Source: Acutalibacteraceae bacterium (lineage in GTDB: Bacteria; Bacillota; Clostridia; Oscillospirales; Acutalibacteraceae). From it: 54,138 nucleotides of DNA. The position numbers were made by a program, and so were the translations under genes. Positions within the stretch are counted from its first letter, which is position 1. Each line of letters starts with the position of its first letter. Location: assembly GCA_045648065.1 (NCBI GenBank), contig JAZRNG010000098.1, positions 1 to 54,138 of the forward strand, written 5' to 3'. Of this stretch, positions 43,849 to 52,456 are shown piece by piece. Under the pieces are notes generated by a model, which ran no database searches, was not told the origin of the DNA, and was given only the letters and a program-made list of their open reading frames with translations.

Positions 43849-46018
43849 TAGAAATTTCCTCACAATCATTTACATAAGATACCGTTCTATTATCTGGATT
43901 CTGAATAAAGGGCATTTGAGTTGTAAGAACATTACTATTCAGCACTGATTTATCAGGACCCCAATTTTTAGTTGTTTTAAAAATGAATTTTTCTGAAACA
44001 AGTAAAAGTGGCGTCAGCACAAAAACAATTATCAACGCACTGATAATTGATCCTCGTGCAAGCAACTCACAAATCTCTTTGACAATTGAAATACTTGAAA
44101 TGAAGTACACACCAATTGTAACAAGGAAGAAAATAACTGCACTTTGAAAAACTGAGCGAAGTGACTCAGAAGCAGCTTTTTTCATTGCTTCAAACTTATT
44201 CTTACCATCTTTTAACTCTTCTCTGAATCGTGAAGTCAGCAAAATCGCATAGTCAACAGTTGCTCCAAGCTGAACACAAGAAATGATTGTCGGTGCGACA
44301 AACGATATCGGTGTTCCAAAGATCGCTGAAATTGATTCATTGAGTAAAATTGCAAGTTCAATTGAAAAAATCAGAATCACAGGCAAAGAGAATGACTTGA
44401 AAATTAATGCTATAACAATAAAAATAGCAAGAATTGAAATAATGTTAGTGATAGTAAAGTCGGTAACAGTAATATCAACCATATCACTATACATAGCACC
44501 TTCACCGGTTATATAACCCTCCGGATCGTATTCTTTTACAATAGAATACATCGCAGAAACCTGTTCGTTTGAAGGTTCGGTAGCCGCCTCATAAGCGGAG
44601 TTAACAAGCATGATCTGATATCCACCCTGCTTGATAATATCTGTAACTCCGTCAGGTATAATAGAATCAGGTATTGATGTGCCGACAAATTGATTATAAG
44701 CCAACATTGATGTAACGCCGTCAAGATCATCAATCCTATTTTCCATCTCAAGCAACTTTTCAGCAGAAATAGAATCATCAACTATTATGAAATGAGTAGT
44801 AGTCATATCAAACTCTTCTTTTAATGTGTTAAGAGCGACAACGGAGTCAAGATCTTCAGGAAGAGTTGATGCAATGTTATAATACTGATTAACGTTAGCT
44901 GCAAGAAGAACAGAAGGGATAAATAAAATAACAAATATTATAACAAATACTTTTCTGTGTTTAACTGAAAAATTTATAAGTTTATCAAATTTAGGTACGA
45001 ATGTTTTGTGTGATTTTTTGCTTATAGCTTTATCAAATACTAAAAGATAAGCTGGTAAAATCAGCACAGCAGACAATAATCCGATTACTACACCTTTTGC
45101 CATAATTATGCCTATATTGAAGCCAAGACCGAGTTGCATAAAGCAAAGTGCAAGAAATCCAAAAACAGTAGTAAGCGAGCTACCCATAAGTGAAGTTACG
45201 GAAGCCTTCAAGGTGCGCCGCATAGCCTCTTCTTTCGTGTCGGATTTAAGTTTTTCTTCCTTATATCTGTTAACTACGAATATCGAGTAGTCCATAGTTA
45301 CTGCCAACTGAAGTATTACTGCAATACACTGAGTGATATAAGAAATACCTCCGACCAACCAGTTTGAACCCATATTATAAAGAACTGCCGAACCTAATAC
45401 AAACATAATTATAAAAGGCTGAATGAAAGATTCCGTTGTAAAAAGCATAATTAAAAGAATAAAAACAACGGCAAGCGCGATATATATCGGCAACTCAATA
45501 TTAGTCAGTTCCTGTGTATCAACATTGATAGGAGTAAGACCGCTTAATAAGCAATATTTCTGAGTCTGTGCTTTGATTTCTTTGACAGCTTTAACAATAT
45601 CCTTGGATGAGCATTCAGGAGTATAGCTTACAAACATCATTGTATAATTACCGTCTTTACTGTAAAAAACACTCCTTATTTCATCAGGAAGTATGTTTGA
45701 AGGTATGCTTGTATCTATCAGGTCGTCATACCAAAGAACAGATGCAACATTATCTATCGCAGCAATTTTATTCTTAAGTTGAACTACCTTCTTTGGTTGC
45801 ATATCCTCAACTATAACCATCGTCGTTGACTCAATATCATAAACGTCAGTAAGCACTTGCTGACCTTTTACAGAATCGAGTTTTTCCGGCAAATAGGATA
45901 AAATATTATAATTAACTTCCGTAAAAACATAACCGACCAAGCTTGGTATCAGTAATATCAATGATAAAACTATAATTAAAATCGGTCTTTTAATTACAAA
46001 TTTTGAAATTTTTTCCAT
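43835..46018 (-). CDS. MMPL-family (RND superfamily) transporter
   Basis: 727 aa. Two repeats of 1 TM + extracytoplasmic domain + 5 TM. Confidence 0.75.
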   Translation of the reverse strand: MEKISKFVIKRPILIIVLSLILLIPSLVGYVFTEVNYNILSYLPEKLDSVKGQQVLTDVYDIESTTMVIVEDMQPKKVVQLKNKIAAIDNVASVLWYDDLIDTSIPSNILPDEIRSVFYSKDGNYTMMFVSYTPECSSKDIVKAVKEIKAQTQKYCLLSGLTPINVDTQELTNIELPIYIALAVVFILLIMLFTTESFIQPFIIMFVLGSAVLYNMGSNWLVGGISYITQCIAVILQLAVTMDYSIFVVNRYKEEKLKSDTKEEAMRRTLKASVTSLMGSSLTTVFGFLALCFMQLGLGFNIGIIMAKGVVIGLLSAVLILPAYLLVFDKAISKKSHKTFVPKFDKLINFSVKHRKVFVIIFVILFIPSVLLAANVNQYYNIASTLPEDLDSVVALNTLKEEFDMTTTHFIIVDDSISAEKLLEMENRIDDLDGVTSMLAYNQFVGTSIPDSIIPDGVTDIIKQGGYQIMLVNSAYEAATEPSNEQVSAMYSIVKEYDPEGYITGEGAMYSDMVDITVTDFTITNIISILAIFIVIALIFKSFSLPVILIFSIELAILLNESISAIFGTPISFVAPTIISCVQLGATVDYAILLTSRFREELKDGKNKFEAMKKAASESLRSVFQSAVIFFLVTIGVYFISSISIVKEICELLARGSIISALIIVFVLTPLLLVSEKFIFKTTKNWGPDKSVLNSNVLTTQMPFIQNPDNRTVSYVNDCEEISNEDI

Positions 46019-46033
46019 GATTATCTCCCTGAA

Positions 46034-47206
46034 TTAATACAAAAACCTTGTATATAAGTTAAAAATAGAAAAGATATACAAAACGAATGCAATAACAATT
46101 ATAGCTGATAATATCAAAAGAACAGCTTTAATTTTTTCATATTCATCTGCATTCATAATGTATCTTAATACAGAAGAAAACTTCTTTCCGAAAATGTCAA
46201 AGTAGCTGATTGTATATGTTTTAATGCTCGATGGATCATTTTCATCAAGTTCAAAAACTCTGACACCGCGTGAAACCATATTGCCATAGCTTCTGAAGGA
46301 AGCACCGGGAGTCTGAACGATATTCACCCCATCCAACTCTGCAGTAAAACAATTCAAATGATCATGTCCACTTACAAGTCCGCAAACATCACCACGTCTT
46401 CTGATAGCTTCAAGCTGACCAAAATCTTCCGAAGTAGTTTCAGCATATTCAAATGCAAAACCGTTAGCAACGGATGTATCAAGCTTGTAAAACTTATCGT
46501 CAGGTCCTTTTACGGCACACTTATCATCTTTATCACATTCAACAAATAACTTTTTAGTCTGCGGAACCGGAATGTGCTGAAACATAAGTGACATAACTTT
46601 TCCGCAGTTTTCCTTTTCAAGCTGTTTGCTTTTTTCTTCATACCATCTTATTGCCTCAGGTTTAACATATTCAAAACAGTTATTCCCGTTTTCATCAGAA
46701 CCAGCAGAATCCATCATCCATATATTGAAAGCAACCTTGTCTTCCTCTGATGAATATATAGGCACATTGTATGTATCACAATCAACCGTATCATTTGTGA
46801 GATTATAAGGAACACAAAAATCGTACGATCCGTATATCTCAGCCTGTTCATCTTTAGATATGCAATTTCTGTCATCATGGTTTCCATAAAGAAATGCGAA
46901 CGGAATTTTTCTATCGTTAATGGGCTTGAGTAAATAACCCAAAGCTTTTTTCATCCTCTTAAGTGTTCCTTTTTTACTCTTAACATTCTGCCAGTTGCCT
47001 ATCGGAGCATCATTTATATGATTACCAAGAATATTATCACCGGTCAAAACAATCAAATCAGGATTAACCTTATCATAGATTTTGTTAAGCATTTTAAACA
47101 TACCTCGTCTCGGGATATGCATATCCTGTGCATCACTTACCTGTAAAATTGTAAATTTGCCATTTTTATTAAAACTGAGTTTTTCATTATACATATTTTT
47201 ACCCAC
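46034..47206 (-). CDS. membrane-anchored calcineurin-like metallophosphoesterase
   Basis: VSDAQD, LTGDN, YGNHDD, QHIP, SGHDH. C-terminal TM helix. GTG start at 47206, alternative ATG at 47194. Confidence 0.75.
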   Translation of the reverse strand: MGKNMYNEKLSFNKNGKFTILQVSDAQDMHIPRRGMFKMLNKIYDKVNPDLIVLTGDNILGNHINDAPIGNWQNVKSKKGTLKRMKKALGYLLKPINDRKIPFAFLYGNHDDRNCISKDEQAEIYGSYDFCVPYNLTNDTVDCDTYNVPIYSSEEDKVAFNIWMMDSAGSDENGNNCFEYVKPEAIRWYEEKSKQLEKENCGKVMSLMFQHIPVPQTKKLFVECDKDDKCAVKGPDDKFYKLDTSVANGFAFEYAETTSEDFGQLEAIRRRGDVCGLVSGHDHLNCFTAELDGVNIVQTPGASFRSYGNMVSRGVRVFELDENDPSSIKTYTISYFDIFGKKFSSVLRYIMNADEYEKIKAVLLILSAIIVIAFVLYIFSIFNLYTRFLY

Positions 47207-47222
47207 TTTCTATACACAATAA

Positions 47223-47251
47223 ATTTTACCATAACTGAGTAAGTAATGCAA
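47223..47251 (-). promoter_or_regulatory. promoter of the seven-gene MPE-MMPL-...-WYL operon
   Basis: On the minus strand: TTGCAT (47251-47246), 17-nt spacer, TGgTAAAAT (-10 at 47228-47223). Confidence 0.5.
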
Positions 47252-47261
47252 GAAAAAGAGT

Positions 47262-47286
47262 ATAAAAAAAGCCACCGTGAGGTGGC
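47262..47286 (-). terminator. terminator ending the rsmB...rsgA-spoVM transcription unit
   Basis: GCCACC-TCAC-GGTGGC followed by TTTTTTT on the minus strand. Confidence 0.75.
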
Positions 47287-47289
47287 AAT

Positions 47290-47382
47290 TTATGTATCCA
47301 AATCAACTTTTTTAATGCGCAGTATAAATCTTAAAATCCCCTTAAAAGCTTTTGGTGCCTCGAACATTATAACTTTCATCAT
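47290..47382 (-). CDS. spoVM: SpoVM-like small sporulation peptide (30 aa), absent from the ORF track
   Basis: MMKVIMFEAPKAFKGILRFILRIKKVDLDT. The core APKAFKGILRFIL parallels Bacillus SpoVM LPKFLGGIVRAML. RBS GGGGGA. Sits downstream of prkC-rsgA, as spoVM does in Bacillus. Confidence 0.6.
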   Translation of the reverse strand: MMKVIMFEAPKAFKGILRFILRIKKVDLDT

Positions 47383-47392
47383 AATCCCCCGT

Positions 47393-47545
47393 TCATTTAG
47401 CTACAATGATGCCGAGAATTACGATCACTACAGACAAAATCGCAACAGTAAACGTTTTCGGACACATAAGTGAAACAAGCATTCCAATGCCGAATGCAGC
47501 AAAATACAGTCCGATTCTGTTCGAGCAGCATCTGTTTTTTCTCAT
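47393..47545 (-). CDS. small membrane peptide (50 aa), absent from the ORF track
   Basis: MRKNRCCSNRIGLYFAAFGIGMLVSLMCPKTFTVAILSVVIVILGIIVAK. Two hydrophobic helices. GGTGGTG lies 5 nt upstream of the ATG. Confidence 0.45.
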   Translation of the reverse strand: MRKNRCCSNRIGLYFAAFGIGMLVSLMCPKTFTVAILSVVIVILGIIVAK

Positions 47546-47551
47546 AAAAAC

Positions 47552-47585
47552 ACCACCATAGTTTTTACTAACATACTATGGTGGT
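47552..47585 (-). promoter_or_regulatory. 11-bp hairpin between rsgA and the small ORF (partial terminator or RBS-sequestering element)
   Basis: accaccatagt / actatggtggt. On the minus strand the 3' arm contains the putative SD and is followed by GTTTTT. Confidence 0.5.
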
Positions 47586-47597
47586 ATTCAGAAAATG

Positions 47598-48476
47598 TTA
47601 CAATTGCCAATCTTTTAAATTCTTAACTTCATTATAAAGCGTTACATAACTTTCGTGTCTTGAGGTAGCGATTTTACCTTCATTCAAAGCTTCAACGACC
47701 TTGCATCCCTTATCATTCACATGAGCACATGAAGTAAATTTACAAAAATCAATATACTCAGAAAATTCAGGAAAACACAGAGCAAGTTCATCTTTCTTAA
47801 TCACATCATTGGTTTCAAAATCAAGAGATGAAAAACCCGGTGTATCAGCTATATAACCACAACCTACTTTGAATAACTCAACGTGACGAGTAGTATGCCT
47901 TCCTCGTCCGAGTTTAGTACTGATTTCAGCCGTTTCAAGTGCAAAATCAGGATTAATGCAGTTAAGCAACGAGGATTTTCCGACACCGGAATTTCCTGTA
48001 AAGACGCTGATGCTGCCGTCAATCAGTTCAACGAGTTCTTTGACACCTTCACCGGTTTTATTTGAAACTACGAAAGTATCAATCCCGGTTGTCCTGTAAA
48101 CGTCACAATACTCAGAAGCACTGTACAAGTCGTCTTTTGTAAACACAACAATCGGACGAACATTTTTGTGAAAAGCAACTGCAGTCAGCCGGTCAATGAT
48201 CAGCAGGTTCGGTTTTGGTTCGCAAGTAGAAGAAACGATTACAAGATTGTCTACATTTGAAATAGGAGGTCTATTGAAGCAATTACGTCTGTCTAAGATT
48301 TTTTCAATAGAGTTTTTACTGTGCTCATCTACAGATATGCTCACTTTGTCTCCGACAAGTGGTGTGATTTTCTCTTTTCTGAAAACACCTCTTGCCTTAC
48401 ATTCAAATATCTCTCCATCAGATTCGACGTAGTAAAAACCGCCGATCCCTTTAATTATAGTTCCGGTTAAAATCAC
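47598..48476 (-). CDS. rsgA: ribosome small-subunit-dependent GTPase RsgA
   Basis: Circularly permuted GTPase: TKDDL, GNSGVGKSSLLN, GRHTTRHVEL, zinc knuckle CKFTSCAHVNDKGC. Confidence 0.92.
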   Translation of the reverse strand: MILTGTIIKGIGGFYYVESDGEIFECKARGVFRKEKITPLVGDKVSISVDEHSKNSIEKILDRRNCFNRPPISNVDNLVIVSSTCEPKPNLLIIDRLTAVAFHKNVRPIVVFTKDDLYSASEYCDVYRTTGIDTFVVSNKTGEGVKELVELIDGSISVFTGNSGVGKSSLLNCINPDFALETAEISTKLGRGRHTTRHVELFKVGCGYIADTPGFSSLDFETNDVIKKDELALCFPEFSEYIDFCKFTSCAHVNDKGCKVVEALNEGKIATSRHESYVTLYNEVKNLKDWQL

Positions 48477-50656
48477 TCGCTATCACCAAGAAAAAGTGTA
48501 ATATTTACATCAGAAGGATATTGTTGACCCGCCTGAGGATACTGATTGATAACTACTGAACCCTGACCGCTTGACTTAATCTCATTTTCATTGAAGCCTG
48601 CAGCAACAAGTTTCGCTTTTGCTTCTTCAAAAGAAAGAGGTTCAGATGTAAGATCAGGCATTATAATTCGTACTATTTCACTGGTAGTTGATTCAGTTGT
48701 TGTTTCCTCTTTATAATCATATGTCACGATATTGGAAATTTCACAAGGCGATGTCGTAAAATCAATATCACATTTATATATGACTTTATTGTTTACAAAA
48801 ACTTTGAAAACAGAGTCAGATTTATATCCAACAACTGAAAAAGTATAAGAAGATCCATCAAGATATCTTGTTTCACTGTGAATAACACTTGAGTCTACGC
48901 TTGCAGTAACTGTACCTTCTACTCCAAGATTAGGAAGAGAGATACTGATAAGAGTAGTCTGCTCATTCTTCGCACCCATACTGATAGTCAATACGATTTC
49001 TGAGCCTTTCGGAATTTTTGTATTCTTAGGAACAGAACTCTTTATTACATAGTTATTCTTAATAGTATCATCATAGTCATACTGAATAGCAACAGCGAAT
49101 CCACTTGATTTAAGAAGCTGTGTTGCACCGTCTTTAGTGAGTCCTGTAACATCAGGGACTGAGACTACTTCGACATTATTAGCACTATAAGACAAGTACT
49201 TCACCGTCACAGTTGAGTTAATATAAACCTTTTCACCTGAACCCGGAGTTATATCAATAACCGTACCGGGTTTTACTCCGGCATTCTCGTGTTCTGGAGT
49301 ATACTCAACTTCTTTGTCGACTATATTCAATTTGAGATCCGAAAGCGTATTTTTAACAGTAACATAATCCTTGCCTTTCAGATCAGACGGTATGGTAACT
49401 GTTTCCTTACCCGTTGCAACAACAAGTTCTATCAAAGTTTTTTCAGGATCTATACGTTCACCCTCGGAAGGAGTCTGGGAAAGGATTGTGTTAGGAGTAA
49501 CCGAAGTATCCAATTTTTCTGTAATTGTGAAGACAAACTCAGGATATTCTTCTTTAAAAGCTTCCTCAGAATATTCTTTACCGATAAAATTAGGAACTTT
49601 AACACCATTATTTCCAAAGACGCCGAAACCAATAATAGCACCGCCTGCAATAAGAACAACCAAAGCAACAATAACGCCAATAAGAATAGGAATAGTTCTG
49701 TTCTTTACTACCGGTTCATCATAATTTTGCGGACCACTTTCAACGTCGTATGCAGTAACCGCTGTTCCGACATTCGGGATATACTTAGTTGGTTCATTAT
49801 TAGTATAACTGTAATCAAATTTAATAGAGGGGTTTCTTCTGAATTCTTCAAGATCAAGAAGCATTTCTGCAGCCGACTGATAACGGTCGTTAATATTTTT
49901 CTGCATAGCTTTGATAATTATCTGTTCTAAACCAACAGGGATCTGTGGATTGATAGTACGCGGCATAACCGGATCTTTCTGTAACTGCATAATCGCAACA
50001 GAAACCGTATTATCAGATTCAAAAGGTAACTTGCCTGTAAGCATTTCATAAAGCATTACACCAACAGAATAAATGTCTGCTTTATCATTAGTAAGATCGC
50101 CACGTGCCTGTTCAGGGCTGATATAGTGAACAGAACCTATGGCAGAATCAGTCATCGTTCTGGTCTCACTCGCAAAGAAACGTGCAATTCCGAAGTCAGT
50201 TACTTTAATAACTCCGTTTTCAAGCAAAAGAATATTTTGCGGTTTGATATCACGGTGTACTATTCCTTTATCATGAGCATGCTGCAATGCACGAAGAACC
50301 TGCATTACAAAGTATACAGCTTCGCGATGGTTTACCACACCCTGTTGCTGAATATACTCCTTAAGAGTAATACCCTCAACATACTCCATAACTATGTATT
50401 GCAGTCTGTCACCGTAACTTACATCAAAAACCTTGACAATGTTCATATGCGAAAGAACCGCAATCGCTTTAGATTCATTTTTAAATCTTCTGCGGAACTC
50501 TTCGTTAGCAAGAAACTCTTCTTTCAGAATTTTCACAGCAACAATTCTGTCATCAATATTGTCATAAGCCTTGTAAACTACGGCCATACCGCCAACACCG
50601 ATTATTTCTCTTATTTCATATCTTCCATCAAGTCTTTTACCTACATAATTCTGCAT
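48473..50656 (-). CDS. prkC: PASTA-domain Ser/Thr protein kinase (PrkC type)
   Basis: VAVKIL, HRDIKPQNIL, DFGIA, YISPEQ. One TM segment. Extracellular PASTA-like repeats. Confidence 0.92.
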   Translation of the reverse strand: MQNYVGKRLDGRYEIREIIGVGGMAVVYKAYDNIDDRIVAVKILKEEFLANEEFRRRFKNESKAIAVLSHMNIVKVFDVSYGDRLQYIVMEYVEGITLKEYIQQQGVVNHREAVYFVMQVLRALQHAHDKGIVHRDIKPQNILLLENGVIKVTDFGIARFFASETRTMTDSAIGSVHYISPEQARGDLTNDKADIYSVGVMLYEMLTGKLPFESDNTVSVAIMQLQKDPVMPRTINPQIPVGLEQIIIKAMQKNINDRYQSAAEMLLDLEEFRRNPSIKFDYSYTNNEPTKYIPNVGTAVTAYDVESGPQNYDEPVVKNRTIPILIGVIVALVVLIAGGAIIGFGVFGNNGVKVPNFIGKEYSEEAFKEEYPEFVFTITEKLDTSVTPNTILSQTPSEGERIDPEKTLIELVVATGKETVTIPSDLKGKDYVTVKNTLSDLKLNIVDKEVEYTPEHENAGVKPGTVIDITPGSGEKVYINSTVTVKYLSYSANNVEVVSVPDVTGLTKDGATQLLKSSGFAVAIQYDYDDTIKNNYVIKSSVPKNTKIPKGSEIVLTISMGAKNEQTTLISISLPNLGVEGTVTASVDSSVIHSETRYLDGSSYTFSVVGYKSDSVFKVFVNNKVIYKCDIDFTTSPCEISNIVTYDYKEETTTESTTSEIVRIIMPDLTSEPLSFEEAKAKLVAAGFNENEIKSSGQGSVVINQYPQAGQQYPSDVNITLFLGDSE

Positions 50657-50673
50657 TTTTCTACCTCCGTTAA

Positions 50674-51402
50674 TCAGTCGGTAACAGTTATTACTGTAAC
50701 GTTGTCTCCGCCACCGTTTTCATTAGCTTTATCTACCAGGGCATCTGCTAACGAGTAACTGTCATAGGTATTACAAATATCCAGTATAGTTGAATTATTG
50801 ACAAAATTTGTTAAGCCATCGGTGCAAAGAAGAACAACATCCCCTTCATTAAACACTTCCTGACTATAGTCAATCCTGACCTCATCATCAACGCCTAACG
50901 CTCGGGTTATCACATTTTTCTGAGGATGATCCTTAGCTTCCTCAGCAGTGATCTCACCCCTGTCAATCATCAACTGCACAACTGAATGATCTACCGTAAG
51001 CTGATTGATGCTGTCTTTTGTGACAACATAGATTCGCGAATCGCCTACATGGGCAATGTAAAGTGAATCATTTTTAATTATGGCAAGAACAACAGTAGTA
51101 CCCATTCCCACCAAAGCAGCATCACTACGTGAACGCGAGAAAACAGTAGCATTTGCCGCCTCAATCGCGGAAACAATCAGATGTTTGATTGAATTATCGT
51201 TCATTGCTTCATGATAACCAAAATTCAACTTTTCTGAAATTGTCCGTGCAGCTGTTTCACTTGCAATATTGCCACCGTTTGCACCACCCATTCCGTCGCA
51301 GACAACAGCCCACGTCACACCATCGGTAAACTCTCCGGCAAGACAATAATCCTGATTATTTTGTCGGACAACTCCGACATCAGATTTCGCTGAAACTTTC
51401 AC
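50674..51402 (-). CDS. prpC: PP2C-family Ser/Thr phosphatase (Stp/PrpC)
   Basis: RQNNQDY, VCDGMGG, LLCTDGLT, GGGDNVTVI. Confidence 0.92.
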   Translation of the reverse strand: MKVSAKSDVGVVRQNNQDYCLAGEFTDGVTWAVVCDGMGGANGGNIASETAARTISEKLNFGYHEAMNDNSIKHLIVSAIEAANATVFSRSRSDAALVGMGTTVVLAIIKNDSLYIAHVGDSRIYVVTKDSINQLTVDHSVVQLMIDRGEITAEEAKDHPQKNVITRALGVDDEVRIDYSQEVFNEGDVVLLCTDGLTNFVNNSTILDICNTYDSYSLADALVDKANENGGGDNVTVITVTD

Positions 51403-52454
51403 TGTTTTCCCTCCTTTACATTATTATTAACATGTTTACTTCTAAGCTGACCGCATGAAGCATCAATATCCGAACCCAAACTTCTGCGTATAGTTGTATT
51501 TACACCTTTTGAATTAAGAATCGACATAAATTTCTGCAAACGTTCATTTGTGCTTCTGCGATGCTCACTTTCATTAATTTCATTAGCAGGAATCAAATTT
51601 ACGTGACAAAGCATACCTTTCAGAAGAGATGCAAGTTCATAGGCACACGCATCAGAATCATTTACGTCCTTTATCATAGCGTACTCAAAAGAAATCCTCC
51701 TTGAAGTCACGTCAATATAGTCCTTACAAGCTTTTATTAACTGAGCAATCGGATATTTATTGTTTACTGGCATCACTTTCGATCGCATTTCATCATTAGG
51801 TGCATGCAGCGAAACCGAAAGTGTAAGCTGAAACTTTTCATTAGCTAAATCATATATCTTAGGAACCAAACCACAAGTAGAAAGAGAAATATTTCTCATA
51901 GAAATATTCAGACCATTTTCAGCAGATACCAGATCAAGAAATCTTACAGTGTTCTGATAATTGTCCAAAGGTTCTCCCATTCCCATCATTACGATATGAG
52001 AAACACGAATATTCATATCGCGCTGTGCAGCATGAATCTGTCCTAATATTTCCGATGGCATAAGACTACGCACACAACCGCTTTTTGTAGACGCACAAAA
52101 AACGCAACCCATCTTACATCCAACCTGAGAAGATACACATAAAGTATACCCATACTTGTACTTCATTAAAACAGATTCAACAAAATTACCGTCATATAAT
52201 CTGAATAAATACTTAACTGTAGAGTCAATTTTCGAAACTTGCTTTAATTCGATTTCACAGCTTCGTATAGGAAATAAATCACCGAGAGTGGCTCTGAGAG
52301 ATTTAGGCAAATTTGTCATCTCATCATAGTTCATCACACCATACATCTGCAACCAATTATAAACTTGTTTAGCTCTGAACTTCGGCTCGTTTAACGATGT
52401 AATAACATCCTCAACTTCGCTCAGCGTCATTGACTTGATATCAAATTCAGACAA
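51399..52454 (-). CDS. rlmN: 23S rRNA/tRNA A2503 C2-methyltransferase RlmN (radical SAM)
   Basis: CVSSQVGCKMGCVFCAS, GMGEPLDN, CGQL. Confidence 0.92.
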   Translation of the reverse strand: MSEFDIKSMTLSEVEDVITSLNEPKFRAKQVYNWLQMYGVMNYDEMTNLPKSLRATLGDLFPIRSCEIELKQVSKIDSTVKYLFRLYDGNFVESVLMKYKYGYTLCVSSQVGCKMGCVFCASTKSGCVRSLMPSEILGQIHAAQRDMNIRVSHIVMMGMGEPLDNYQNTVRFLDLVSAENGLNISMRNISLSTCGLVPKIYDLANEKFQLTLSVSLHAPNDEMRSKVMPVNNKYPIAQLIKACKDYIDVTSRRISFEYAMIKDVNDSDACAYELASLLKGMLCHVNLIPANEINESEHRRSTNERLQKFMSILNSKGVNTTIRRSLGSDIDASCGQLRSKHVNNNVKEGKQ

Positions 52455-52456
52455 AT

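Noticed and set aside
38064-47206. WYL-associated anti-phage defence system
   Set aside because: None of the seven proteins shows nuclease, helicase, ATPase, methylase, TIR, SIR2 or cyclase motifs. Every recognisable domain is envelope- or carbohydrate-related.
47246-47473. 75-aa plus-strand ORF in the rsgA-to-MPE intergenic region
   Set aside because: It runs through a minus-strand terminator and is antisense to two minus-strand small ORFs that have RBSs, one of them SpoVM-like.
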